A stretch of 63,690 bases of DNA, the filler included, from Folioceros fuciformis (taxonomy: Eukaryota): NCBI GenBank assembly GCA_049999805.1. It is 13 parts of 13 records of this genome, joined end to end, with 100 filler letters (N's around TTAATTAATTAA, not from the genome) between each part and the next. Parts side by side here need not be neighbours in the genome. Positions count along the whole stretch, not along the records: positions 1 to 7,477 come from JBNGIO010004905.1; positions 7,578 to 12,328 come from JBNGIO010004907.1; 11 more parts are not named here. The stretch is one strand, 5' to 3'. A program made the position numbers and the translations under genes. Below are positions 1-11,065 of this stretch, piece by piece. The stretch's first letter is position 1. Every line of letters starts with the position of its first letter. The notes below the pieces were generated by a model that did not search any database, was not told the DNA's origin, and worked only from the letters and a program-made list of their open reading frames with translations.

Positions 1-118
1 GCCATAGGCCTCCCGTAGCTTGCCTCCATAGCGTACCCTGCTCCTGCTCCTTGCTGTAATGCCGCTCCTCGCCCACCAATTTTTGGGTTATCCTTGTGTT
101 GTTCCTAGATTCTTGTCT

Positions 119-187
119 TGGTCATCAAAACTTATGCTCTTCCTGAATACTTGTTTGGTTCCATCAGAGCATAAGTTTTGATGACCA
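119..187. repeat. Perfect 22-bp inverted repeat with 25-nt spacer (hairpin)
   Basis: 119-140 TGGTCATCAAAACTTATGCTCT is the exact reverse complement of 166-187 AGAGCATAAGTTTTGATGACCA. Confidence 0.9.
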
Positions 188-539
188 TCTTTGATCTCCC
201 ATCTTTTTGATTAAATAAAATATACAAAGTTTTTGACTATGTATATATGTACATACATCTATCTAAAGTAGACTGAAAAAATCTAGGACACGAGAATTTT
301 ATCAGACTCCTACACCGTTCCCCCAATGTTAGATGTGATCGAATATGTAATCTCTATAGGATTTAGGAAGAAACATGTGCAGACGATATTTCATTAGATG
401 ACAAACGGATGCGTTGAGTGTCTTAATGTTTTATCTTGTCATGCCCTGGATTCGTCATCTCCCCGACGATTTTAAGTTGCTCAGTCCTGGACATCCAAAT
501 CCGTGTCCCAAACACAGTCCGGGATACAGTTAAGAAAGC

Positions 540-3500
540 TCACTCATTGGCAGAAGAAGAAACTGTGGAACTGTGGCAGTCACTGCACATGCGTAGATTC
601 TTCGTTACCACCAGAGGTGTCCCACTCGGAGTGTTCAAGAGACCAAACGCCAGGGTTAGCTTCTCAGTATGATCGCAAACCGCATCTTCCTTTTCTTTCT
701 CAAACAGTGGCTTCCACACCAACCTCGCGTGAGGTACGTGTCCTCCTTCCTGCTTCAGACGTGCATTCGTGCTCTCTACCTTTAGAGACAGATCATCTCT
801 TTTCTCTCCCACCGCAAACGTATGTACATGCTTCTTCACCTCAATTGTTGCCACTGCAGGTTTTTTGTTAGCTCCTACTGCTATTCTCTGAGTTTCAATC
901 CTGTCTACATCGATCCACATGCCTGCGTCTGCGTAGGTATTGGCCATGAGCACATACGAAGACGCCCCTTGAGGGTCCAGCCTCACAATGTTGTCGAAAC
1001 ACCACATCGCCTTCTCTATATCCCCATGATTTTTGCAGGCATTTAACAAAGTCGTTAATCCCATGACATTATTTTGCTCATCGCGCGATAACAGCATCTG
1101 TTGTGCCTCATCTAAATGGCCAGCACGCCCAAGAAGGTCGACCATGCAGTTGTGATGCTCGACAGTGGGTTTCATGCCGTGCTGTTCAGCCATGGAATCA
1201 AAGTGCTTGCGACCTTCGTGGACCAGTCCCTCGTGACTGCATCCTCCTAAAAGGCAAGTAAAAGTAGCATCGTCAGGCTGAACACCGGCAGCTAACATCT
1301 CTTCAAAACAAGCTAGTGCTCTGCGGGCATCGTCACAAGTACCATAACCCAGATATCAGGGCATTCCATGTGACCACGTCCTTCGTGTTCATGCCATCAA
1401 AAACCTGGCGCGCAGTTTTCAGTTCACCACATTTTGCATCCATGTCCACCACACAGGTACCCACCAGAATGTCATCAAGGAGTCCTCTTTCGTCGGTCTG
1501 TGAGTGCAGCTCCCTGCCCATATGTAAGGCACCAGTGCTCGCACAGGCCTTGAGAAGGCGAGCAAAAGTAAGATTGTCAGCCAAAATCAGGCCCTCCTGC
1601 TGCATTTGCCCATACACAACAAGTGCCTCCTGGCCAAGCCCTTGCTGGGCATACCCAGCAATCAGCGCCGTCCATGCCACTACATCCTTGGTGGCCACGC
1701 TTTCGAAGACCTGACGTTCCTCTTCCAGTTCACCACATTTTGCATACATGTCCGTCAGGCAGGTGCCCAAGACTACGTTGTCCAGCAGTCCTCTTTCCAC
1801 AATCTGTGAGTGGAATTGCCTGCCCTTCTGTAAGGCACGAGCACTTGAACAGGCCGTCAGAAGGCAAGCAAAAGTGACATTATTAGCCTCACTTAGGCCT
1901 TCTCGCTCCATTTCTTCATACACATCGAGCACCCCATGTCCGAGTCCCTGCTGTGCATACCCAGAAATCAGAGCATTCCATGTCACCACATTCTTCGAGG
2001 CCAAGCTGTCAAAAACCTGGCGAGCAGCTGCCAGTTCACCACATTTTGCATACATGTCCACCAGGCAGTTGCCCACCACTACGTTATCCAGCAGTCCCCT
2101 GTCAACAATCTGTGAGTGCAGCTGCCTGCACTTCTGTAAGGCACCAGTGCTTGCGCAGGCATTCACGAGACAAGAAAAAGTAAAATGGTCAGCCAAAATA
2201 AGGCCGTCTTGCTCGATTTGTGCGTACAAATCAAGTGCCTCCTGGCCAAGTCCTTGCTGTGCATACCCAGATATCATAGCATTCCATGCCACCACGTCCT
2301 TAGTGGCCATGCTGTCAGAGCCTGTCGTGCATCTTCCAGTTCACCACACTTTGCGTACATGTCCACCAGGCAGGTGCCAACCAGCGCATCATCAATTAAT
2401 CCTCTCAACAATCTGTGAGTGTAACTGCTTGCCCTTGTGTAAAACACCAGCGCTTGCACAGGCCTTCAGAAGACAAGCAAAAGTAACATGGTTGGGCAGA
2501 ATCAGGCCCTCTTGCTCCATTTCGTCATACACAACAAGCGCCTTATATCCGAGTCCTTGCTGTGCATACCCTGCAATCAGGGCATTCCATGTCACAACAT
2601 CCTTTGTGGCCAAGCTTTCAAAAACTTGGCGTGCAGCTTTCAGTTCACCACACTTAGCATACATGTCCCCTAGGCCGTTGCCCACAACTACGTTATGCAG
2701 CAGTCCTCTGTCGACAATCTGTGAGTGCAGCTGCCTGTCCTTCTGCAAGGCACCAGTGCTTGCACAGGCCTTTAGTAGGGAAGCAAAAGTAACACTGTCA
2801 GCCAAAATGAGGCCCTCCTCCTCCATTCGTCCATACACAAAAAGCGCCTCTGTGCCGAATCCTTGCTGTGCATACCCAGATATCAGGGCATTCCACATCA
2901 CCACGTCCTTCGGGGCCATGCCGTCAAAAAGCCGGCGTGCCTCTTTCAGATCACCACATTTTGCGTACATGTCCAGCAGGCAGGAGCTAAGAAACAAGTC
3001 AGGGGGAACGCCACTATGCAACACATCACGGTGCACTTCTCTCCCAGATTCCAAGTCGGCAGCCGATGCACAAGCTTTGAGGGTAGCTACAAAGACGTCG
3101 GCATCCACCTTCGCTCCTGACTTCGCATGTCGTGGTACAGCTGCACGGCCTTGTTAGGTTTCCCATGCTTCGTGTATCCGGAGATTATGGAAGATCACAT
3201 GAAGGCATCTGGTTTACCCACCCTGGTGAGCACATCCATCGCCTCCTCCAGCTTACCTCCGCAAGCATACATGCGCAAGATATGGTTCCCCCAGTATGCA
3301 TTCGACTCGTACCCAAGCCTCACAGTGAGGTCATGAACTCGTCGACCCAGGAACAGGTCCTTCTTAGCTATACACAATTTGAGCAGAGTGTAAAACAGGG
3401 ACTGCGATATGGCAGCGCCTGTCTGCGCCAGAGACTCCAGGGCTCCGACAGCCTCGGCAAGCTTCCCCTGCCGACACAACATGCTCACGGTCCTAGCCGT

Positions 3501-3981
3501 CACGCTTCCGATTCCCGATCCTTCAGGCCCCCCCCTGTTCAGCATTATCCAGAGAGCTCGACTTGGAAGGAGAGGCACCACGACCCAGCTGCATATCCAA
3601 CGAATCGAGCTGCTCATCAACCTAAGCGGGCTTGTACACATTGTTTAACCACAACACCTCGCCGTATCCCTTACGCCGGAAATCAGGCGAACGAGAGCTC
3701 CTCTTATCTCGTCTGTTGTCCCACCACATGGCAGGGTCCAGGAAAAACTGTTGCCACAGGTGCTCCTGCTCCTGGCGACGCCCATCGTTGGAAACCCCGT
3801 CCCCTCCAACAGTTTTCGTCGGAAGTGGAAGAGCTGAGCTCCTAACACTGCTGCACCAGGAGGCTTTGGTTGCCAGGGGTTGAATCCCTAAGATGTGATG
3901 AGAGCAAGACCCTTGTAGAATCCCTGTACACGCACCCATCTGTTGAGTCCACGGCAGGTCTGGTTGCCGTCCTGTGCCCAT
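540..3981 (-). pseudogene. PLS-class PPR-E1-E2-DYW:KP RNA-editing factor pseudogene with N-terminal PDF motif
   Basis: ORFs 3622..3981, 3195..3641, 2392..3108, 2274..2459, 1333..2310 and 540..1298 join into about 23 P/L/S motifs, E1/E2, KKPAVATIEV (KP box), HTEKL and KNLRMCSDCH. Lesions: Trp-position stops at 3622 (TAG) and 3195 (TGA); frameshifts at ~3530, ~3120, ~2400, ~2320 and ~1350. The DYW C-terminus is missing after CSDCHSST (~563). Confidence 0.92.
1361..2990 (-). repeat. About five near-identical 306-bp P-L-S triplet units inside the PPR gene
   Basis: GCATTCCAT anchor recurs at 1361, 1973, 2279, 2582 and 2888 (spacing 612, 306, 303, 306). Unit is 36+35+31 aa. Confidence 0.85.
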
Positions 3982-4855
3982 CGTTCAGGGACCGTGTCGG
4001 AAGATGAGTCTCACAAGCGTCTGTAGCCAGCTTCTCAGGTACCGTTCATGACTGCACCATCCTGAAGGACAGTATCCAGAGACAGGACTGGTAGGTCTCG
4101 AGCGCCAAACGGGCCCCGTGCACGACGAACTCATGTCCCGATTCCCGTGCCGTTTTCTCTATCCAACCGAATGTGTCCTTGGTAACCGCAGACGTTAAAA
4201 GTCATCGTCACTTGAACCCCACTATCTTAATTCAAAATTAAGGAGGTAGTATGGAGGTAGTATGTGCCCAATTCAACATCAAGCCGTCCCAGATGGTCCC
4301 AGAAATACAGGATATTATTTTAGATATTTCTTAGTCGATTATATGTTTATTTATGTTATTTTTTATTATTAAAAAAGAAATAGAAAGTTTATTACTCCAA
4401 AGATTGGAGAAACAATCCGAGTAGGCCAAAGACCAAACCTATTTGTTTGTTATTGTGTATATGTTATATATATGACTCTTTGTCAGAATCTTAACCATGA
4501 CCTAATCAGGTAAACATACCCTTAAATCTCAAATCTTTACGAAGGCATGTCATGTCTATCGGTAGGTATATAATGCAGGTATTTAGGTATGGGGGGAAGT
4601 CGAAAAAGAAGCCAGTTGGGAGGTGCAAAAAAGCCGGGTAATCAGTTTGAGCTTTTTTTGAGAAACGGTTGGTGATGATAATAAGTGAGTACAACAAGTG
4701 GGCGCTCTGGGTTTAGTACGCGGTACGAGTGGTCGGGGGGTCGGGGGTCGGAGGTCGGGGGTGCAGGTCGGGGTCCTGGTCGAGGTCATCGTCATCTTCC
4801 TGTGCCCGGCTCGCGACCGACGTTGAGGCGCGGGCGTCCAAAGGTTCTCCCTCGG

Positions 4856-4956
4856 GACTCGACTCGACTCGACTCGCGACTCGCAGCATCGCCACGGAGC
4901 GGCGGGCCACGCACGGGCCACCCCACGGCACGGCACGGCACCGGCACGGGCACCGG
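4856..4956. repeat. Short GC-rich microsatellites (GACTC)4 and (CACGG)n upstream of LEAFY
   Basis: Seen directly at 4856-4875 and ~4924-4956. Confidence 0.7.
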
Positions 4957-5742
4957 CCAAGCCGCGCCCTCCATTGATGCGCACGCCTATTCTCTCTGCG
5001 GAGGTACACCCACCCACACTGTCACGCTTCCACGCTCCGTGCTGCTTCCTGCTGCCTTGCCTTGCCTTCGCCCCCGTCGCGACCCGCTGCCTTCGCCGGC
5101 TGTCATTCCCGCTGCTGCTTGTCGTGCGTGCGCGGCCATGGCGGCCAGAAGCTGTGCTCAGTCGATTCCCGCACCGGAGTCGGCTGCGCACTCGTTCTTG
5201 CTGCCAGCATTAGGTCGGGCATTCGTCACGGGATTGCGCTTCGCTTGCCCGGGGCAACTGGCTGTAATCCAGGGTTTCGGTGCCCTGGTGCGTGCAGCGG
5301 GCATCGGCATTTTCTTGCGTCGCTGTTTGGAGGTAGGGAGGACCCTGACTCTGCTCAAAACTGAAAGCAGGATTTTTTTTTTTGGTTGCAGAAGAGGAGT
5401 CTTGCGTGCCGCCTTTTCGAGCCTCCGCGGATTTGATTTCGGTGTGGGGAGATGAGACCAAGAAGGTCGAGACATTGTTGGCGGCGGCGGTGTAGTGCTT
5501 TGCGAGGTCGGGGATGAGGTGGAAGTCTGTCAGGGAGGAGTGAGGGCAGTGCGGAAAGCAACCACGGAGACAAGAAAGTCTTAAATCTGGCGCAAGAAGC
5601 TGAAGCTCACAGGCGCACTTATGCGGGCCTTCTTGCCGGCAATCTTGATGCCGAGGAGCTGTCGGATTTTGTAGGAGATGGACTCCTTCCCAAGTGGCCT
5701 CTGCCTACCAGAGCCGTGGCCGTGGTGCACAAGGAGCCTCCC

Positions 5743-7192
5743 ATGTCGCACAGGGACAGCTTCTTGCTCCACAGGGACAGCGCGGTGGTGCCGCGTGACA
5801 TTCGGTTTCTTGATCCGGGGTTTGTTACCATGGGAAAACGAGAGGCCAAGACTCTGGATGAGCTGTTCAGGGATTACGGAGTGAGGCCGACGACGCTGGA
5901 GGCCATGGGACATATGGGGTTCACTGTCGGTACCATTATCAATATGACCGACGATGAGTTAGACTCCCTGATAAAGACAATTAAAGAGAGCTACCGATTG
6001 GATCTCTTGGTCGGGGAGAGGTTTGGCATCAAATCGGCTGTACGTGCTGAGAGGAGGTTTCTGGATGAATTAGATCGTGTTCGGATAGAGATGAAGGCGA
6101 AAAATGAAAACATTGTTGATTTTAAAGGTCAATTCAAGATGTCGGACGGTACGAAAGCTGGGCCTGGAGCTGTCGGCAGTGCCAGTGGCAGTGGCACCGG
6201 TTGCGCTGTCATGGGCAGCATCTGTGGACCGTCTTCGAAAACTGGTAGGACCTTGACCACCGATTTTGCTCTGTGCTTTCCTTCAGCTCCTAGGCTGCTG
6301 TTCGCCGGCAGCTGTCTTATCCTCTGTTTTGGTGATCTTGTGGCACCTCAGCACCCAACAAATCTAGGAAGAAGAAGGATGCTAAAGATGAGCAGGCTCA
6401 TCCTCTTTTAAATGGGAATGACCTTGCAGTCATGAGTCCAGTGGCTCTGCCAGGGCTGCTCTCTGAGCTTAGTAGTGACAGTGAAGGAAAAGGTGGTGGA
6501 CCTGGGAGAAGGAAGCCGGCCAAAAGGAAGCGCAAGGCCAGGGAGCCTGGTGAGGATGGGGATGACAGGCCAAGGGAACATCCCTTTGTCGTGACGGAGC
6601 CTGGAGAGCTGGCAAGGGGGAAGAAGAATGGTTTAGATTATTTGTTCAACCTGTACGAGCAGGCTGGAAAGTACTTGGAGGAGGTGCAGCTTATCGCAAG
6701 AGAGAAGGGGGAAAAGTGTCCGACCAAGGTAAGATGTTCGGTGATTTATCCTTCTAATGATTTGTGGATTTATGGCGAATCTTGATTCAATGTTATTGAA
6801 AATTGACGCAAGAAACATGCGTGAAACTGGGTCATCCTCTCATGCTTCTCATGGGTCTGGTGGTGCAGGTCACGAACCAGGTTTTCCGACATGCGAAACT
6901 GCAGGGTGCTGGTTACATCAATAAGCCGAAGATGAGGCAATATGTACACTGCTATGCTTTGCACTGTTTAGCTAGTGCTGAGTCAGACGAACTTAGAAGG
7001 TCCTCCAAGGAGCGGGGAGAGAATGTTGGGGCATGGTGCCAGGCCTGCTACCAACCGCTTGTAAAAATGGCTAGAGAAAAGGCCTGGGACATAGAGGGGC
7101 TGTTCAACAGCCACGAAAAGTTGAGGATTTGGTATGTCCCTAAGAAGCTAATACAGCTGTGTCATGCAGAGAAGAGTAAGCACTACCAATAG
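5743..7192 (+). CDS. LFY: LEAFY/FLORICAULA transcription factor, 3 exons (5743 or 5830..6244, 6430..6728, 6869..7192)
   Basis: SAM domain [11 protein letters not shown]...MGFTVGT...[21 protein letters not shown]-binding domain [25 protein letters not shown]...[15 protein letters not shown]...[18 protein letters not shown]...IWYVP. GT-AG introns 6245-6429 and 6729-6868 keep frame, and intron 2 is at the conserved K/V position. Start codon is uncertain (5678, 5743 or 5830). Confidence 0.97.
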
Positions 7193-7477
7193 CCCAGTAT
7201 TGCAGGGAGAAAGTTCAATTCTGTGTCTTGCCTCTTGCGTATCTTGAACCCTGTGTGAACGGTATGTGGGCAATGTGAAGTTGCAAGAAGCGACGGCCTG
7301 GAGATGACATAGGCTTTGCAACTGAATTTGTACTCGTGCTCGGGGTCACGGTTGGATCCTGATTGGATCCAAAATTGGTCAAGTGGGTACAAATCACAGA
7401 AATAACCTCACCGGGAGGCCACCGGGTGCTTCACGGGTGTCTGACGACATAAAATGGAGAGTTGAAATTGTCCAGAA

Positions 7478-7577
7478 NNNNNNNNNNNNNNNNNNNNNNN
7501 NNNNNNNNNNNNNNNNNNNNNTTAATTAATTAANNNNNNNNNNNNNNNNNNNNNNNNNNNNNNNNNNNNNNNNNNNN
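7478..7577. other. Artificial contig spacer N44-TTAATTAATTAA-N44; the same spacer is at 12329, 22710, 26881, 30004, 38945, 40448, 43229, 45310, 47507, 59482 and 61985 (each 100 nt)
   Basis: Identical length, with a palindromic core giving stops in all six frames, repeated 12 times. Confidence 0.98.
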
Positions 7578-8681
7578 TAACCTGGCCTTGTACCTTGCAG
7601 TTGAGCCATCAGGGTTGAGCTTGGACTTAAAGACCCATTTGCAGGTAACCGCCTTTCTCCCTGGTGGCAGTGATTCAAGCTTCCAGGTGCCATTCTGGAT
7701 CAGGCTATCATATTCGGATTTAATGGCGGCCTTCCAGTCAGCTCCATGTGGGCCAGTCAAGGCTTCGGTCATGGCTTCCACCACCAGCTCCAGACATGCT
7801 TGGTACTTCCTGAATCTTGGGTGTTGTCCGCAAGGGAATTCTGAGAAGCCTTGGTCTTTGTGGAGGTGTTTGGGGTCTGGATGAGGATGTTGACCCTCCT
7901 TCAGACGAGGATGGACTGGTGACCATAACCCATATGCATCTACTGGTTAAAATGTGACCCCATTCTCATATGCAGGGGGTTATGTTCTTCGTGGACACAG
8001 GTTGAGAGAAGTGAGTGCAATAGCAAGGTCACGTACTTCTCTATCTAGCAAATCTAACTTGGAAGAGATTCGAACAAGAAGGTTGGTCGTATCTCTACCT
8101 CTATCTGTAGATATGCTTTCAGACCTATGCTGCAGTCTTGTATGAATTCTAGTCTGCCAATTTAGTGATTGCAGTTCTGCTAGCAACCGTGAATGAACGT
8201 GCCTAGTGTAATTCCGTGACTTGTGTGTATGTCTAGGACGACTTGCAGTGGGCAGGTTTGGGAAAATGCGAGCTAATGTGATAGGAACCAGGCCCTTGAT
8301 GGCTGTGATTGAGCGCACGATACAGATGGCTGCAGGCAACACCCGTATCCACTGCACACCGCCTGGGCTTGGTGCACCAATTAGCAGGTTTTCCACAAAT
8401 TTTCCTCCAGCAAGAATTCCAGTTCGCAGCTGCTAGTTGTAGTGCCCGGGATTGGACTGACTGGAACTCTGATTGCATCTAGGCACACTGATTCTGGCGT
8501 TGGGATCTTCGATCGCGTCGAGGCATGATGCAGGCCTTGAGAGGCGCTGCGATCTCTCCTAGATGCTAACGTCTTGACCTGCTCTTCTAAGATGAATGCT
8601 CACGAGATTGTGCATTCTCCAAGAATCCATTCTTAGGCGAGATGCAGGCCAAGAAAAAAGCGATTAATGGCTTTGATACCA
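7578..8681 (-). mobile_element. Internally deleted Ty1/copia element: PBS, upstream ORF, gag N-terminus joined directly to RT start
   Basis: PBS reverse complement TGGCTTTGATACCA at 8668-8681; ORF 7980..8396; Pro-rich gag-like start 7738..7926; RT start WKAAIKSEYDSLIQNGTW...CKWVFKSK...YKARL. Confidence 0.75.
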
Positions 8682-8925
8682 TATTGCATTATGGCAACAT
8701 AGGATATAGGCAAAAAACTAGAGATCATACGCATGCTAGCAAAAAGACAAGATTAGATTACCTCTCACGAGCAGCGCGATACATAAGGGTCAGTGGACAC
8801 GTCCAGGTCTAGGGACGTGTCCCTTGACTCAACCGTCATACCCGGCAGTGATTGGTCCTGGTGGCGATTAGGTTTAGGTTATGATATGCGGCTACTTAAT
8901 GCCTAAGGCCCAAACACTTAGGCTC

Positions 8926-10446
8926 TCAACACAGCAAGGCTCCAACTAACTTCTGAACAGTCAGGGACGTAGTTGCTGGGGTAATAGTTGTTGTTGCCTG
9001 AATACTTGAACTCCAAGTTTCATAGCTTGGAGGAAGAGCCAACAAAAATTGAACAGTAGCTTGACTATCGTCGATGATAACACTACATGCAACAAGCCTG
9101 GCTGTTGCTGCTCTAAACTTGGCAACAAAGGCCTCAACTGACTCATTTTCTTTGATGCGCAGATTTTGCCAGTGGAGAGTGGCTGCTCCAACAGAGATCA
9201 TATCCTTTGCTTCATAAATATCATTCAGCAAAGTCCAGACACCGTGTGCATGCTTGGCTAACTTTATGTGAGGAATCATCTCTTGTAAAACAGATCCAAC
9301 CAATATGGTTTTCGCTTTTCTATCTTTGTGATTCCATTGCATCCTTTTGAGTCCAAGGCACGTAATTGACACCACCTGGTGTCAATGTGCCAGATGGCTA
9401 ACCAGCCACCCTCTCAAGATCAATACCATCAGTGACATCCATCAGAAGTTTTTCCTCAAGAATACACCGAACCCTAAACGACCAAGCATCAAAATTGTGA
9501 GGTAAGTCGATCCTTCTCCTGCAGCCGGTTAGAAGACTGATATGCCGCCATAGTGTCTGACTTGCTTTGCTAAGAAGTAGAGGGCCTTAGATCAACAAGT
9601 TGCTCTCTAAGGCTTATGATCTCCGAAGCATGTTTCTTTACTTCCAATTCCAAACCAACTGCTGAGATTTGATCTGACGCTCGCTGTTTCTCCAGGCAAT
9701 CCAAGCGAGTAGCCAGGATATCTACACGTTTGGAGGTCTCCTGCATTGCAGACTTCACGTTTAGCAAAGAACTGAGGAGAGCGTCACGTTGATTCAGGTC
9801 AGATTGTTTGTACTCATCTTGCAGTGGATAGGGTTTGCAGCATCTGCAGATTCCAGTTGATTGCGATGTGTAATTCGGTGATTCTGTCTGAATTTGCAGG
9901 CCTGAATTAGCAGATTGGAACACCTCCGTCTGATTGCCGCCGTAAGATTCAAGAAAAGTCTTCAAGAACCTAGTTCTCTCCTGTTGCTCAGTGGAAGAAA
10001 GGACGTTTCTTAAATATAATCTCTCAAATTGTGCCCCAAAATCCTGTAACTCAGAAATAGGAACCTGCTGCGCCTTTCCCTGTCTATGGGCAGATGGCCA
10101 ATTCTGCCTACAGATATCATTTCTCGGCATCGTGCCTCCGCTCCTAAAGACCGTGTCTATTCTGCATTTTGTAAAGAGGGATGAAATCCATTTTTCAAGA
10201 ACTTCAATTGTTTGAAGCTCTGAATTAAAAATGAAAGCAGAAAGACATAGATCAGAGATGGCTCTGATACCATGTTCACATATTAAAATGTGTTCTATAC
10301 ATACATCCAGGAAGAATAGAATTGAAAAGGTAGTGTCTGGTCCTTACACAAGTCTCAAAATAGGACTAGCAGTTGTAACTGCTAATCTACCCTAACTATC
10401 TAAGTTACTAGCCCTAAGCATAGCAATGTTAATTAACTACTCAACA
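8926..10446 (-). mobile_element. Copia family A copy 1 (5' LTR 10273-10446, tRNA-Met PBS 10259-10272, extra ORF 9570..10130, truncated gag 9551..8926)
   Basis: TG...CA LTR; PBS TGGTATCAGAGCCA; gag UBN2-like KDRKAKTILV...LLALPPSYETW; colinear with 31139-33500. Confidence 0.9.
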
Positions 10447-11065
10447 GTGTTAGAGCATAAGCTTAACAGTGCTTAGGGTTAGGTTTATGTTATAATCAGT
10501 TAGGGTTCGTATATCCAAAGGTCACTTAGTGAAGGGTTGCTAGTATATAAGACCAACACTTATTCAATTTGTATAAGATATTATTCTCAATTAGAATTAT
10601 GCTTCTATTCTCTTGGTGCAATATTGCAATATCAGCAATATTGATGATATCTCTTGGTGATCGGATAGAACCATTCATTTTATATTCTATCAGCAATATT
10701 GCTCAGTGCAGCGAGTGAGACATGGATGCTGGGCACACGCCCAGCATCCTGTGAGGGAGATGCTGGGCACGCGCATGCTAAGCATCCCCATCCGTCGAGA
10801 GAGAGGGCGAGGCATAAGGGTGGAGGGAGCGAAGTGGCCTCCACGTTCAATGGTTCTATGAAATATAGCTTAGATTGCAGATTGTGTAATGAAGATAGCA
10901 CCTACCATTGTGTGGGCAAGCGGGTATGGTATCCCTACCAGGCACCCGCTCACATGTATCGTGGTCACATCAATCCCACGGTCGTTGTAGGCTTCCCCGG
11001 AGTCGCTCCCCTTTGAACCTGGTCAGCTACGTATATAGTTCTCCTACAATAGTCAACCCTCCCAA

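Noticed and set aside
1748-3157. 469-aa plus-strand ORF
   Set aside because: Antisense shadow of the repetitive PPR array; no independent features.
4583-5573. Several 100-256 aa ORFs upstream of LFY
   Set aside because: GC-rich, low-complexity, overlapping in many frames, with no recognisable domain.
10470-10510. TTAGGG motifs as interstitial telomere
   Set aside because: Isolated single motifs within LTRs, not an array.
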